Shown here: in pieces, positions 10,101 through 19,110 of the stretch
Layout: every line of letters begins with the position of its first letter
Numbering within the stretch: position 1 is the stretch's first letter
DNA from: a bacterium
Lineage (GTDB): Bacteria; Patescibacteriota; Minisyncoccia; Phycocordibacterales; UBA5272
NCBI GenBank assembly: GCA_043745785.1
Contig: JAYTSG010000004.1
Coordinates: forward strand, 570-64,569
Direction: 5' to 3'
DNA: 64,000 bases
The notes under the pieces: generated by a model
The model's input: the letters and a program-made list of their open reading frames with translations, nothing else
Databases searched by the model: none
Told to the model about the DNA's origin: nothing
Translations under genes and position numbers: made by a program

Positions 10101-10283
10101 GTTAAGAACTTTTTGAAGATTCATGACTTGTACTCCTTTTGAACCCATCTTCATGTTCGTATTGAACACGTAAGAACAGTTCATGGTTGGAAGGGCGAGA
10201 GCTGCAGATGCTGTTGAAGCACCAACGATAGCTCCTCCTAGGGCTACTGCAATTGCAGCGGCCTTGATTGAGAGTTTACTCAT
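7167..10283 (-). CDS. Large secreted cell-surface protein: Sec signal peptide, N-terminal peptidoglycan-binding (PGBD-like) domain, Pro-rich linker, then ~900 aa of repetitive Thr/Ser/Val/Gly/Asn-rich beta-sandwich (Ig-like) repeats
   Basis: 1038 aa. The signal peptide is MSKLSIKAAAIAVALGGAIVGASTASA. The PG_binding_1-like segment is GSKGVQVMNLQKVLN...SKFGPATRAAVNKFQ. The linker is NPVPTPGNPVPPTGNTG. The remainder is low-complexity repeats, so the many antisense ORFs in the track are artefacts. Confidence 0.8.
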   Translation of the reverse strand: MSKLSIKAAAIAVALGGAIVGASTASAALALPTMNCSYVFNTNMKMGSKGVQVMNLQKVLNMYPQTRVAESGAGSPGMETSKFGPATRAAVNKFQMLQLAELGINSPTGNVFAGTRGLLNQLCSVTGNPVPTPGNPVPPTGNTGPVSVMLSGSQPTGQLVQGQSGARLADFTFKGNGTVTNIELQRIGVSTDSTLNNVYLYDGNTRLTDAASVVTGGYIRFNAGTGLFSVSGTRTITVRADLSSTSGGNAVGVKLNSVTAMGSAASTFTNVMGNTLTVASGITTASVNFNPLVTGARTVDAGTTNYNVWDATASVGVRDVYFKAATFKFVGSAPVDSVANLSLYVDGTKVAGPAMINAMNNNKVVFDLGTMPYFLRTGSHTINVRGDIVKGSNRTMTFSVENVADLMFEDRDLTGVNVAATVATLPLNSSNSAYPQITVNKGTVVVNVDPAFVASKVTGGATNMTIGSFTMKAYGEDVKVNTLNVTPVLGSMTPAAAGLTNVGLYLNGGQISSSQNWSSGALTYNLGSSLIIPAGQTVTVSVKADIKSTTSVSYTAGSVLAQLSSAGNNAQGQSSSEIVSVASSGVNGNNLTVSSGVGSYGRTSGFAAATVAPNTANVRIGSFTLQADSAEDAVVNSATVTLSTTGYPLTNITNLSLKTGSMTLGTPVGNVSASSTVISFSDVVVPMNGTKTFDVYADIGSVTSGTVTATLDLSTRGPVSGTNTTVSGTGLGVAITTTAATLGLPAIVSSSPVSQFVVGGVSSNVATYKIKTAQDSAATVRELRFSITGNDSVESVTVNGVQASVVGGIAKVTGLSIAIGLNGTDVPVTVKYSGFKNSSTGGSLTAGVISTTTLTYIEATSGNGTTVSTTTAISANAMTLVASKPSVTVDTVQKSGLILGAENKIGEVTVVPDANGSINVNQLKFSSGASGLSGALTLASARLADGSATIPNVTCTIASTVTTCSFSTAYSLSAGSSKTFSLYAVPTGTVVSGATVSVSTQVTNTANDFQWTDVVGGNTTYDGVKIYNFPTASYSIKN

Positions 10284-10928
10284 AATTTTTTTGAAGTGAT
10301 AAGATTTTTCTAACTCGTTTCTCTTTATAGAGTCAGCATTGTTTTTACTTGTGTAGTTTCGACATAACTAGTAAAAACAAACTAAATGACAAAACGAAGG
10401 GGTCGCTTATGCCAAAATACGAAGCGTTTTTATTTGCGTCACTATTCTGTTTTCAACGATCACTTTTATTCTGCCTTTTAAGATACTCTATAAATAACGT
10501 ATCTCAAATACCAGAGGACGCTCTCAAACAGAGACGTCTACAAGAGAGTATAGAGCTTCTTAAGAAAACTGCAAGGTTATTCCAAAATAATTTGAATATC
10601 ACAACTCTTCATCTTCTCAAAAAACTAATTTACAACTCTTGAAGTACATACAGTACCTAGAGGTAAGTATACCACAGAGTGGTCAAAAAGTCTACAAATA
10701 TAAAAGCTTTTTCCTCTTTTTGTATAAAAAGTAAGCTCAGTAGATTGAGGACTTTTCTTGACTCTGTGCGTATGTACGTCCCTCACAGATAAGGATACGA
10801 GAGAAATGAAGGATTTGGTTCACGAGAGACGTAAAGACATGAGGCCAAGATACCAGCGTCATACGTGAATGTGGTCATTCAGCGTCATTCGTATCTGGTG
10901 ATACAAATGATGGGCAGCACGCAACCCT

Positions 10929-11075
10929 AGTGTCATTCTGGAAGGGCTTTGTACACAAAGAACTATCCGGAATCCAGGTTGGTATTCCAGACATGAAATG
11001 CAGTTGAGTACTTTACAACCTCATTCAGATCTGGATTCCGGATATTTTTGAATACAAAAATTCCAGAATGACATA
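10929..11075. repeat. Palindromic (hairpin-forming) inverted-repeat element with nested IRs GTCATTCTGGA...TCCAGAATGAC and ATCCGGAATCCAGGT...ATCTGGATTCCGGAT
   Basis: The nested inverted repeats are read directly. They are related by motif (AACTATCCGG[A/T]ATCCAGGT) to the element at 12555-12800. Confidence 0.7.
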
Positions 11076-11093
11076 AAACTCAATACTAACATG

Positions 11094-11133
11094 GATCCCC
11101 GGTTCATTTGGGTACAAATGCCCGAGGATGACA
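11094..11133. repeat. 40-bp exact dispersed repeat, copy B
   Basis: Identical to 6971..7010. Confidence 0.9.
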
Positions 11134-11152
11134 CGCGAGGAGTAATACATGA

Positions 11153-11231
11153 GACTTCTTTCAAAAGTCTCCCACGTTATTCCTGAATCAGCCCCTAGGA
11201 CAACTTTGGTAATGAGGGTTTTGAAAGAGGT
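11153..11231. repeat. MITE-like palindromic element (TIRs GACTTCTTTCAAAAG / CTTTTGAAAGAGGT)
   Basis: ~79 bp. Terminal inverted repeats and an internal CTCCCACGTTATTCCTGAAT core are shared with copies at 6845, 28733 and 30006. Confidence 0.7.
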
Positions 11232-11453
11232 TTAGTGTATCTCACCTCTATTTCTCTCTAAAATAGAACCTGTAGCCCTTTATCGAAACTTACTACTATA
11301 TACCTAATGAGTCTCCCCTCAGTAAACTGTTCCTTCACTCACTCCATTCGTTATCTACAGGGAATGTTAGGGAACCAATGGTTTTCTAAACCCTTCCTTG
11401 TGGAACACCTTCTCAGCAGAGCTGTAGGGAATAGAACAAGTAAAGAGAGAGCT

Positions 11454-12290
11454 CTAACGAAGCACATATCTACTCCATCTTTTTTCACCAATTCTTTCAA
11501 GGACATGGTCAAAGACAAGTGTATTGAGTTCTCTCTGTATTGTTTTTTCACTACAACCTTTTATCTTGCTTGATATGTCTTTTATACTCACATCTACACC
11601 TACAGAGAAGAGTCCCAATATTTGTTCCCTTCTACTCTGCTTTCTAGCTTTAAATATTCCCGCTGGAATTTTTCTTTCGATTACCATTCTTTGATACTGA
11701 TAGGGAGAGCTAACATTTTCTTTGTTTGTTTTATCATCTAATTTCATCGTATAAGCTTCTCCTGTTGTCAGAGCTTCACTCTTTTGTGTAGGTTTAGTTA
11801 TCAAATTTTGATCAGCTTTTTCTTCTACGAAAACTGCTCCAATACCTTCTTCCTTAGGGACAAATGTTGGAGGTAACCCTACAGAATGATTCTTTGCCTC
11901 GGTGAGCACTATGTCATCTTCTTTTAAAAGAAGGGCACTCGAAAAAGTCGGGCGTCTTTTTTGGAGAGCGTTACTAAGGACATTGAACCCTTCGACGAGA
12001 AGTCTTCCGTTCATCTCAGAGACAGTCCCTGAGAAGGTTGCAACATGCAGAAGTGAGACAACTTCTCTTACTTCATTTAAAGACAAAGAGTATTCACGAG
12101 CAATGTCACTTGTTTCAGAAGAGGCAACTTTAGTGACATGTCCAAGTATACTCAAAGCTGAAGATCGAAGTCTATTTTTTATAGGATCTTGAGCACTAAT
12201 TAAGTCAGTAACAAGATAAAGGCCCGTCACTAAACGCTCTGTTTTCTGTGCTATCAAGACTTCCTGTTGTGTGTTTTTTGTCTCTGACAT
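11454..12290 (-). CDS. Putative transcriptional regulator: novel N-terminal domain plus C-terminal winged-helix HTH (DeoR/ArsR-like)
   Basis: 278 aa with an ATG start. The C-terminus ...RREQILGLFS...VSIKDISSKIKGCSEKTIQRELNTLVFDHVLERIGEKRWSRYVL is an HTH followed by a wing. The gene is flanked by 1.2 kb and 0.75 kb of repeat-rich non-coding DNA. Confidence 0.5.
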   Translation of the reverse strand: MSETKNTQQEVLIAQKTERLVTGLYLVTDLISAQDPIKNRLRSSALSILGHVTKVASSETSDIAREYSLSLNEVREVVSLLHVATFSGTVSEMNGRLLVEGFNVLSNALQKRRPTFSSALLLKEDDIVLTEAKNHSVGLPPTFVPKEEGIGAVFVEEKADQNLITKPTQKSEALTTGEAYTMKLDDKTNKENVSSPYQYQRMVIERKIPAGIFKARKQSRREQILGLFSVGVDVSIKDISSKIKGCSEKTIQRELNTLVFDHVLERIGEKRWSRYVLR

Positions 12291-12295
12291 ACTGT

Positions 12296-12482
12296 CTTTT
12301 GTGTTGTAATACTGTAGAGAAGATGATCTGTATTATGTCTTTTTAAATGCTAATAATGTCTTTTAAATACTTGTCTTTTTATTTGTCCTTTTAAGGGACA
12401 AGAGGCTCGTCTGTCCCCTATTCTATTCTTTTTTTATTTTCTGTCAAAATAGACAAACTTAAATTTTATTGTCTTTTATAAA
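12296..12482. promoter_or_regulatory. Array of 5-6 direct iteron-like repeats TGTCTTTT(T)AAAT plus a small hairpin (GGGACA..TGTCCC) in the promoter region of the 11454..12290 regulator gene
   Basis: Copies are read at ~12293, 12349, 12367, 12375, 12388 and 12471. They lie immediately upstream of the minus-strand start at 12290. Confidence 0.45.
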
Positions 12483-12524
12483 TGAGCTCTACCTATTTTC
12501 TATTTCAGAAATTAATCTGTGTAA

Positions 12525-12800
12525 ATTCTGTATCTGTATCTGTGTCTGTGTCATACCGGAAGGATTTTGTACTCAAAAACTATCCGGTATCCAGGTCTAT
12601 AATTGTAGAGAGTATCCCCCTAGAAAAAATGCCAGTACGTTAAACATTCACACTGGGTGCGTGATTACTCTGGTTTGACCTATCGTTAAAGTCAAAACCT
12701 GGATCCTGGATATGATGAGTACATCATATCCAGGATGGTGCACTCGTTATTCTGGAATGGCATGCAAGATACTCAGTGCGACTGGAGACTGGAGACTGGA
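12525..12800. repeat. Composite repeat region: (TCTGTA/TCTGTG) tandem run, inverted ATCCGGTATCCAGGT / ACCTGGATCCTGGATAT / CATATCCAGGATGG motifs, and a (GACTGGA)x3 tandem run
   Basis: Read directly. It shares the ATCCGG(A/T)ATCCAGGT and TTCTGGAA(G/T)GGC motifs with the element at 10929-11075. Confidence 0.65.
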
Positions 12801-13058
12801 ATACTTGATTCTGACATACTAGACCTCTTTCAGATGTCTTATGTATACATGTGTAAACATCTAGAATACATAGAGCTGTAATAGTGCTTAGCTATATGTA
12901 TTTGCAAACCAAATGGGTGACTCAACTCCGCGAGGAATTATGTGACCACATAACTGAAATAACTGACGAAATGAGCTTTATTGTCACCACAAAAATGTCT
13001 CATATTTTGCTATACTAGAAGCAACTCATTATTAAAATAAAAACGTTTGACTACACAT

Positions 13059-15359
13059 ATGGCAGAATCAAAAGACGAGAGAAAAAGAAAAAATAAACGG
13101 GACCCTTTGCACACAGAGACTGTTCTTGCCATGCTCTCAGTAATGACTCTCATCTTTGCATTATTACTCGCACTTGGCGCGACACATTTAGGAGGTAAAG
13201 GCGGAGAAATTATTTTTAAAGGATTTTATTCTCTCTTCGGTGTCTTTGCTTTTGGTATACCTTTTGTTTTTCTTTCTCTGACCTACTACCTTTGGAAAGA
13301 AGAGCTTCCTGACCTCCCTCTTTTAAAAAGTATCGGCACTGGACTACTTCTTTTTGGAATCGCCATTGTAATGGAAGTGAGTGGTAGCTCTATCTCTCAT
13401 CCAGCCGGAATGCTTGGTGAAATGCTTTCAATGCCACTCTTAAACTACTTCTCTCCTTTCTTTGCCCTTGCTATTGGTAGCGCTATTATCTTTAGCGGAC
13501 TACTTTTGTCACTGAACAGAAAGCCAACATTTAGTTTCTTTAGCACTATGTTTCTCTTTATTTATGACTTCCTGCCCTCTTTTTCACTCTTTAAAAAGAA
13601 AGTGTCGATACAAGAAGCAGCAACTATCCCTGTTATAGAAGAAGAATTTGAAGAGATACTCCCTCTTGGTGCAGATTTTTTTGAAGAAGAGGAACAAGTT
13701 CGTCGAAAAGATGTGCGAGAAGAACTCTTTAAGACTTTACATGTCGATGACGACGAAGAGATAAAGCCAAAAAAAGCGAAAGAAGAAAAACCAAAGCAAA
13801 TTATTCTGACACCAGAATTTGTTGCGCCACCTCTCTCACTACTTAATGCTGATTCTGGTAAAAGCGGAGCGGGAGACAGTCGTGCAAAAATGGCGACCAT
13901 ACAACGTACTCTCGAACATTTTAAAATACGTGTAGAAATGGGAGAGGTTACCGTCGGGCCGACAGTAACCCAATTTACCTTAAAACCAGCACAAGGAGTA
14001 AACCTTTCCAAAATTGCGGCGTTACATGACAATCTGTCTATGGAACTCGGTGCTGAATTTCTCCGTATCGAAGCACCAATACCAGGAAAAACACTCGTCG
14101 GTATTGAAATCCCTAACGAAAGAAAGTCAACTCTTGGACTGCGGTCAATGCTTGAACTTGATCAATTTATTGAGTCAAGCGCACTGACACTTGCTATTGG
14201 TAAGAGTATTGTTGGTAAACCTATTTACGGAGACCTCTCAAAGATGCCACATCTCCTCGTCGCTGGAGCCACTCGTACTGGTAAATCAGTCACCCTGCAG
14301 AATCTCCTCATTTCTCTCCTTTATAAAAATTCCCCGTATGACCTTAAGCTTATTATCCTCGATCCAAAACGTGTAGAATTTACTGCATACAATCATTTAC
14401 CCCACCTTTATACACCTATTATTAAAGAGCCAAAAGGAGCTATCAAAGCTCTCTCTTGGTCTATACAAGAAATGGAAAGGCGTTATGAAGTCTTGTCTGA
14501 ATATGGTCAAGTAAATGTTGACGACTATAATAAAAAAATACTTTCTCCTGCACTTGAAAAAGCAAGAAAGAAACTCAAGGAAACAGGAGAAGAGCCAAAA
14601 AATCTTCCACCAAAACTACCGTATATCATTATTATTTTTGATGAATACAATGACTTCATGCTTTCTTATCCAAAAGAAATTAGTCCACTCATTACCTCAC
14701 TTACTCAAAAAGGACGTGCGGCTGGAATACATCTCATACTCGCAACACAACGTCCTGATGTGAAAGTTATTACGGGTACCATTAAAGCGAATATTCCAGC
14801 TCGTATCGCATTGAAAACTACGTCACAAATAGACTCACGCACTATTTTGGACACTTCTGGCGCAGAAGACCTTCTTGGTAACGGCGACCTGCTTTATATG
14901 GCGAGTGACAATCCTCGCCTTGTACGTATACAGGCACCTTTTGTTTCAACCGAAGAGATACGTGCCGTTGTATCCCATATCAAAGAATCATTCCTTGATT
15001 TTATTCCTGATCATATTGATTTCTCAAAAGTAAAAGCAACACAGTCTCACGACAACGACAATAATAATGAAGAGTCTGGTGCTGAACCAGAAAATGACGA
15101 GGATTATATGAGCGCCAAGGATTATGTGCTTTCTACAGGCAAAGCTTCAACTTCTTCATTACAAACTGCCTTTAGATGGGGGTATAACAAAGCTGCACGT
15201 ATCATGAATGATCTGGAAAGATATAGTATTATCGGCCCTGCTCGCCCAGGAGAAAGATATAGAGAATTACTTACAAGTAGCACAGAAAGCTCAAAAACAT
15301 CTTCAGAAAGAGAAATAGAAAGCGACCCGCTCGATACCATGTTTGAAAATACAAAATAA
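13059..15359 (+). CDS. ftsK: DNA translocase FtsK/SpoIIIE (N-terminal TM domain, acidic linker, RecA-like motor, C-terminal gamma wHTH)
   Basis: The Walker A motif is VAGATRTGKSV. The beta-domain ...HLILATQRPDVKVITGTIKANIPARIALKTTSQIDSRTIL... and the gamma domain ...ASTSSLQTAFRWGYNKAARIMNDLERYSIIGP are present. The track ORF starts at TTG 13047, and the first ATG is at 13059. Confidence 0.9.
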   Translation: MAESKDERKRKNKRDPLHTETVLAMLSVMTLIFALLLALGATHLGGKGGEIIFKGFYSLFGVFAFGIPFVFLSLTYYLWKEELPDLPLLKSIGTGLLLFGIAIVMEVSGSSISHPAGMLGEMLSMPLLNYFSPFFALAIGSAIIFSGLLLSLNRKPTFSFFSTMFLFIYDFLPSFSLFKKKVSIQEAATIPVIEEEFEEILPLGADFFEEEEQVRRKDVREELFKTLHVDDDEEIKPKKAKEEKPKQIILTPEFVAPPLSLLNADSGKSGAGDSRAKMATIQRTLEHFKIRVEMGEVTVGPTVTQFTLKPAQGVNLSKIAALHDNLSMELGAEFLRIEAPIPGKTLVGIEIPNERKSTLGLRSMLELDQFIESSALTLAIGKSIVGKPIYGDLSKMPHLLVAGATRTGKSVTLQNLLISLLYKNSPYDLKLIILDPKRVEFTAYNHLPHLYTPIIKEPKGAIKALSWSIQEMERRYEVLSEYGQVNVDDYNKKILSPALEKARKKLKETGEEPKNLPPKLPYIIIIFDEYNDFMLSYPKEISPLITSLTQKGRAAGIHLILATQRPDVKVITGTIKANIPARIALKTTSQIDSRTILDTSGAEDLLGNGDLLYMASDNPRLVRIQAPFVSTEEIRAVVSHIKESFLDFIPDHIDFSKVKATQSHDNDNNNEESGAEPENDEDYMSAKDYVLSTGKASTSSLQTAFRWGYNKAARIMNDLERYSIIGPARPGERYRELLTSSTESSKTSSEREIESDPLDTMFENTK

Positions 15360-15361
15360 CT

Positions 15362-15697
15362 ATGTTTAGAGAAAAAGGAGTACTAGCTGTATGCACGCTC
15401 ATTGGACTACTTTTTGTTATATATGGGGGTATCAAAGCTTTTCCTTATCTCAAAGGACCTGTAGTTATTATTAGTCAACCAAAAGAAGGTAGTCATGTTG
15501 GCACCAGCACCTTCTTACTTACTGGCAAAGCCATACGAAGCAAAGAACTCTACCTTTCTGGTAAAAGCGTCAGCATCGATACTGAGGGTAACTTTAGTCA
15601 GGTTTTTGTTTCTTATGCGCCATATACTATACTAACCGTTGAGGCAGTTGATCGCCATAACAAAAGATCATTACAAACATTAACCGTTGTCCCCTAA
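15362..15697 (+). CDS. Hypothetical small membrane-anchored protein (single N-terminal TM, beta-rich ectodomain)
   Basis: 111 aa. The ATG is 3 bp after the ftsK stop, so the gene is probably co-transcribed. Confidence 0.45.
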   Translation: MFREKGVLAVCTLIGLLFVIYGGIKAFPYLKGPVVIISQPKEGSHVGTSTFLLTGKAIRSKELYLSGKSVSIDTEGNFSQVFVSYAPYTILTVEAVDRHNKRSLQTLTVVP

Positions 15698-15718
15698 AGC
15701 ACTTTTATACTTACCCTT

Positions 15719-16705
15719 ATGGAAAAATTACTTACTAAACATATACTTCTCTTTCTGAGTTCTGCTTTATCGCTTCTTGCATATGTTTACCATAGCGCTA
15801 ACGCTTTTTTAATACTCGTTGGCAGGTTCTTCCCTACAATAAAAGATACAGAGTACGGATTAGACGATCTCAGTGGTTCATTTTACGGCCCGCTCTTTAT
15901 CTCTCTGTTCTTTGGTATTTCGTTTGTTATTTTGTATTTTTTCTTTCTTAAAGAATCATCTGAAGAGAATGAACTACTTTCTGGGTTGAGACGTCTTTTA
16001 AAGCTGTTCTATGTTCTAACTCTTATTACCTTTGTACCATTCACTCTTTCTTCCCTTTTTATTCTAGGAACATACAAGCAGGCTATCTATACACTTCTCT
16101 TTTTGATAACTCTCTTTTTATTAACTGGACATCTATTCTTCTTACCTAAACTAATAAAGAAAAATATTATCATAAACGCGTTTTTACCAGCTCTGATCCT
16201 TCTCCCAATTGGAATGCTCAGCCTTGGCATAATCACCTATGGTACACCTCACGAGAGGTCACTCGCATTATTAGATCTACAAAAAATACACCGTATTGAT
16301 ATTGTTGCAAGCTCTGTACCCTCTTTTGTTTCAGAGAAAAATAGACTACCGGAGACACTAGAAGAACTTTCTAACTCGATGGATGATATGGATAATACTA
16401 ACTCTTCTTCTTATGAGAAGAAGAGTTTTTTCGACCCTGAAACAGGAACTTACTTCATTATAAAAGATTATGGGGATAAACTTTTGTCACCAAACACTCA
16501 GAATAACTACCCTGTAGCAGATGGTTTGCATACAAAAAGATATGGCATTTGCACCGTCCTGCATCTCGACTTCGAGAGAATTACCTTCCTCCTTGGTAAG
16601 GACTACTTAGTATCGAAAAGTAGAGCAAAGGCTGGTACTTACTGCAAGATGTCTGATTACACAATATTTGACCAAGCTAACACAATTAATCCCCCTTACG
16701 AGTAA
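15719..16705 (+). CDS. Hypothetical polytopic membrane protein
   Basis: 328 aa. ~6 predicted TM helices are followed by a soluble C-terminal domain. No recognised family. Confidence 0.45.
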   Translation: MEKLLTKHILLFLSSALSLLAYVYHSANAFLILVGRFFPTIKDTEYGLDDLSGSFYGPLFISLFFGISFVILYFFFLKESSEENELLSGLRRLLKLFYVLTLITFVPFTLSSLFILGTYKQAIYTLLFLITLFLLTGHLFFLPKLIKKNIIINAFLPALILLPIGMLSLGIITYGTPHERSLALLDLQKIHRIDIVASSVPSFVSEKNRLPETLEELSNSMDDMDNTNSSSYEKKSFFDPETGTYFIIKDYGDKLLSPNTQNNYPVADGLHTKRYGICTVLHLDFERITFLLGKDYLVSKSRAKAGTYCKMSDYTIFDQANTINPPYE

Positions 16706-16845
16706 TGGCTTTTCTAAAGAATCACCGATAAGCTCCTTACTTGTTTCTTTACTGTCATATATTATACTGATAAATGAGGCACTCTACCCGAGTAAAAAAA
16801 TACACTATAACCACCTAATTGTTAACCACTAAGCACCCCCAAGAT

Positions 16846-17931
16846 ATGATGAAGAAAAAAGTAGTGAAAGAACCAAAAAAAGTAGGGGCTAAATCAAATG
16901 AAGGAGTCGACTCTGATGCTCTTCTCCGTGAAATACAAAGTAAATTTGGTGAAGGGGCGATTATGAAACTTGGGGACGCACCAAAGGTAGACGTAGGCAT
17001 CGTGCCGACTGGGTCACTTGGTCTTGATGCTGCGCTCGGCGTCGGAGGCCTCCCACGTGGACGTATCGTTGAAATATATGGCCCTGAGTCTTCTGGTAAA
17101 ACGACGCTCACCCTCCATGTCATCGCCGAGGCTCAAAAACTCGGGGGTATCTGTGCTTTTATCGACGCAGAGCATGCTATGGACCCTGAGTATGCAAGAA
17201 AGCTCGGTGTAAATATCAATGAACTCCTTATCTCACAACCAGATAACGGAGAGCAGGCTCTGGAAATAACGGAGTCTCTTGTCCGCTCTGGTAAAATAGA
17301 CGTACTGGTTATCGACTCTGTGGCAGCACTTACTCCAAAAGATGAAATCGAAGGAGACATGGGAGCTCAACATATGGGGAAGCAAGCAAGACTAATGAGT
17401 CAAGCTCTCCGCAAGCTGACCGCTATTGCTCATAAATCAAAGACAGTTATCATTTTTATCAACCAGATACGTATGCAAATCGGTGTCATGTTTGGTAACC
17501 CTGAAACAACTCCAGGAGGAAAAGCTCTCAAATTTTACTCCTCTGTTCGTATTGATATTCGTAAAATAGCACAAATTAAAAAAGGAGAAGACGTAGTCGG
17601 AGCACGCACGAAAGTAAAAGTAGTAAAAAATAAAGTGGCTGCTCCCTTTAAAACAACAGAGTTTGACATTATGTACAACGAAGGAATCAGCCGTGAAGGT
17701 GAGCTTCTTGCCCTCGGTGAGAAGTTCAAAATAGTCACTAAAAGTGGCACAAGCTATGTTTACGGCGAAGAAAAGCTCGGGCGTGGCTATGATGCAGCTC
17801 GTACTTTCCTTCGTGAGAACAGTGAAGTAAAAGAAAGGTTAACTCTTGCCATACAAAAAGAACTAACTTCTGGTGGACTTTCCTATGCAGGCACTCCTGA
17901 TGTTGGGGAAGAAGAAGCGCCAGCGGAATAA
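16846..17931 (+). CDS. recA: Recombinase RecA
   Basis: ...[70 protein letters not shown]... is essentially canonical RecA. The track ORF starts at TTG 16819, and the first ATG is at 16846. Confidence 0.95.
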   Translation: MMKKKVVKEPKKVGAKSNEGVDSDALLREIQSKFGEGAIMKLGDAPKVDVGIVPTGSLGLDAALGVGGLPRGRIVEIYGPESSGKTTLTLHVIAEAQKLGGICAFIDAEHAMDPEYARKLGVNINELLISQPDNGEQALEITESLVRSGKIDVLVIDSVAALTPKDEIEGDMGAQHMGKQARLMSQALRKLTAIAHKSKTVIIFINQIRMQIGVMFGNPETTPGGKALKFYSSVRIDIRKIAQIKKGEDVVGARTKVKVVKNKVAAPFKTTEFDIMYNEGISREGELLALGEKFKIVTKSGTSYVYGEEKLGRGYDAARTFLRENSEVKERLTLAIQKELTSGGLSYAGTPDVGEEEAPAE

Positions 17932-17952
17932 TATAAGTTACACAAACTACAT

Positions 17953-18318
17953 ATGGATTTACTCTCAAAAGCTCTCAAAATTTTTTCTCAAGGAGAGAGC
18001 TCTCCTGAACTAGAAAAAGACATCTCTGGATCATTAAGTGAAGGAGATCGGCAAGAAATAGACCTTGGAGACATTGACTCTGATCTAAAAGAAGAAGAGA
18101 AGCTTAATCTTGTTGACCAAAGTGGTATGACTATCGACACGAGCAATGACCACTTAGATACCCTCGACATGGAAGGGCTACTCCAAAAGCGAAATGCTCT
18201 CGTGTGGATAGAAACCTCAGGTAGTATCGACAAGGGAAACATACCCTTTTTCCAAATTGAACTTGACAAGATAAATGCAGAATTAGTAAAAAGAGGAGTA
18301 GACATAACTACTCTTTAA
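17953..18318 (+). CDS. Hypothetical acidic protein (121 aa) downstream of recA
   Basis: ATG start. Highly acidic (D/E-rich). It does not resemble RecX, which is basic and helical. Confidence 0.35.
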   Translation: MDLLSKALKIFSQGESSPELEKDISGSLSEGDRQEIDLGDIDSDLKEEEKLNLVDQSGMTIDTSNDHLDTLDMEGLLQKRNALVWIETSGSIDKGNIPFFQIELDKINAELVKRGVDITTL

Positions 18319-18489
18319 AAGAAAAACTATGCCAGAGGAAAACAAAGAGCTTACTGATAAAGAAATAATGATACTTTATCAGCAAAAGGTACAGGAAACA
18401 CTCTTTGCTTTTGAAGACAACATGATTGAGATAGAAAATACTTTAGAAGAAAAAAGCGTAGAACCCTTACAAGATAAGGCTTGTAATAC

Positions 18490-19110
18490 ATGAAGCAAGA
18501 GAATACCCCGAGCAGATCAAACGAAGAAGAAGCGCCAGAAAGAAGTAATCTTACTGAGAGTACAGCCGAGGTACGAGAGCGTAACAAAAGTGTAGATAAA
18601 AAAATAGAGAATAGAGCCAAAGGGGTCATAGAACGAGCCGAAAAACTTGGTAATTCCCCCAGAGCACAGGAGGTGCGAGGACTTTTAGAAACATCTCGAA
18701 GGAAACTTGCCCTTGTGGCAGCTTCCGCAACATTTCTTTTGGCAATAAATAGCCATGCAATGGCGAGCGAAAGTAAGGAAAAAATACATGATTTACCGAG
18801 AGCGGAAAGTGCCGGTGAAGAACAGGTAGATATAGGAAAAGAACTACTCACCCCCGCAAGACTAGACGAAGCTTTACAAGATGGTAAAGACATCTCATTT
18901 GCGGTAGGAACCTTGGTTAAAAATCATATAGAAGAAAAGAAAGGTCAGATAAATAATACTATTAAAATACTCACTAATGAAGATAGCTCAGAGGAGAGCC
19001 AAGGAGAAGACCTTTCACAAAAAATTCAAAAGAAAGTAGACGCAGGACTAGAGCTCGCCACAAATACTCCCATCATTAGTAAGGTTATTACCAAAAAATA
19101 CCAATTTTAA
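18490..19110 (+). CDS. Hypothetical protein with central TM segment
   Basis: 206 aa. An acidic N-terminus is followed by a hydrophobic segment LALVAASATFLLAINSHAMA. A 54-aa upstream ORF at 18329-18493 overlaps its ATG with ATGA. Confidence 0.35.
   Translation: MKQENTPSRSNEEEAPERSNLTESTAEVRERNKSVDKKIENRAKGVIERAEKLGNSPRAQEVRGLLETSRRKLALVAASATFLLAINSHAMASESKEKIHDLPRAESAGEEQVDIGKELLTPARLDEALQDGKDISFAVGTLVKNHIEEKKGQINNTIKILTNEDSSEESQGEDLSQKIQKKVDAGLELATNTPIISKVITKKYQF

Noticed and set aside
12469-12678. 69-aa ORF in the right flank of the regulator gene
   Set aside because: It lies wholly within tandem and inverted repeats and is Cys/Ile-rich low-complexity. It is most likely non-coding.
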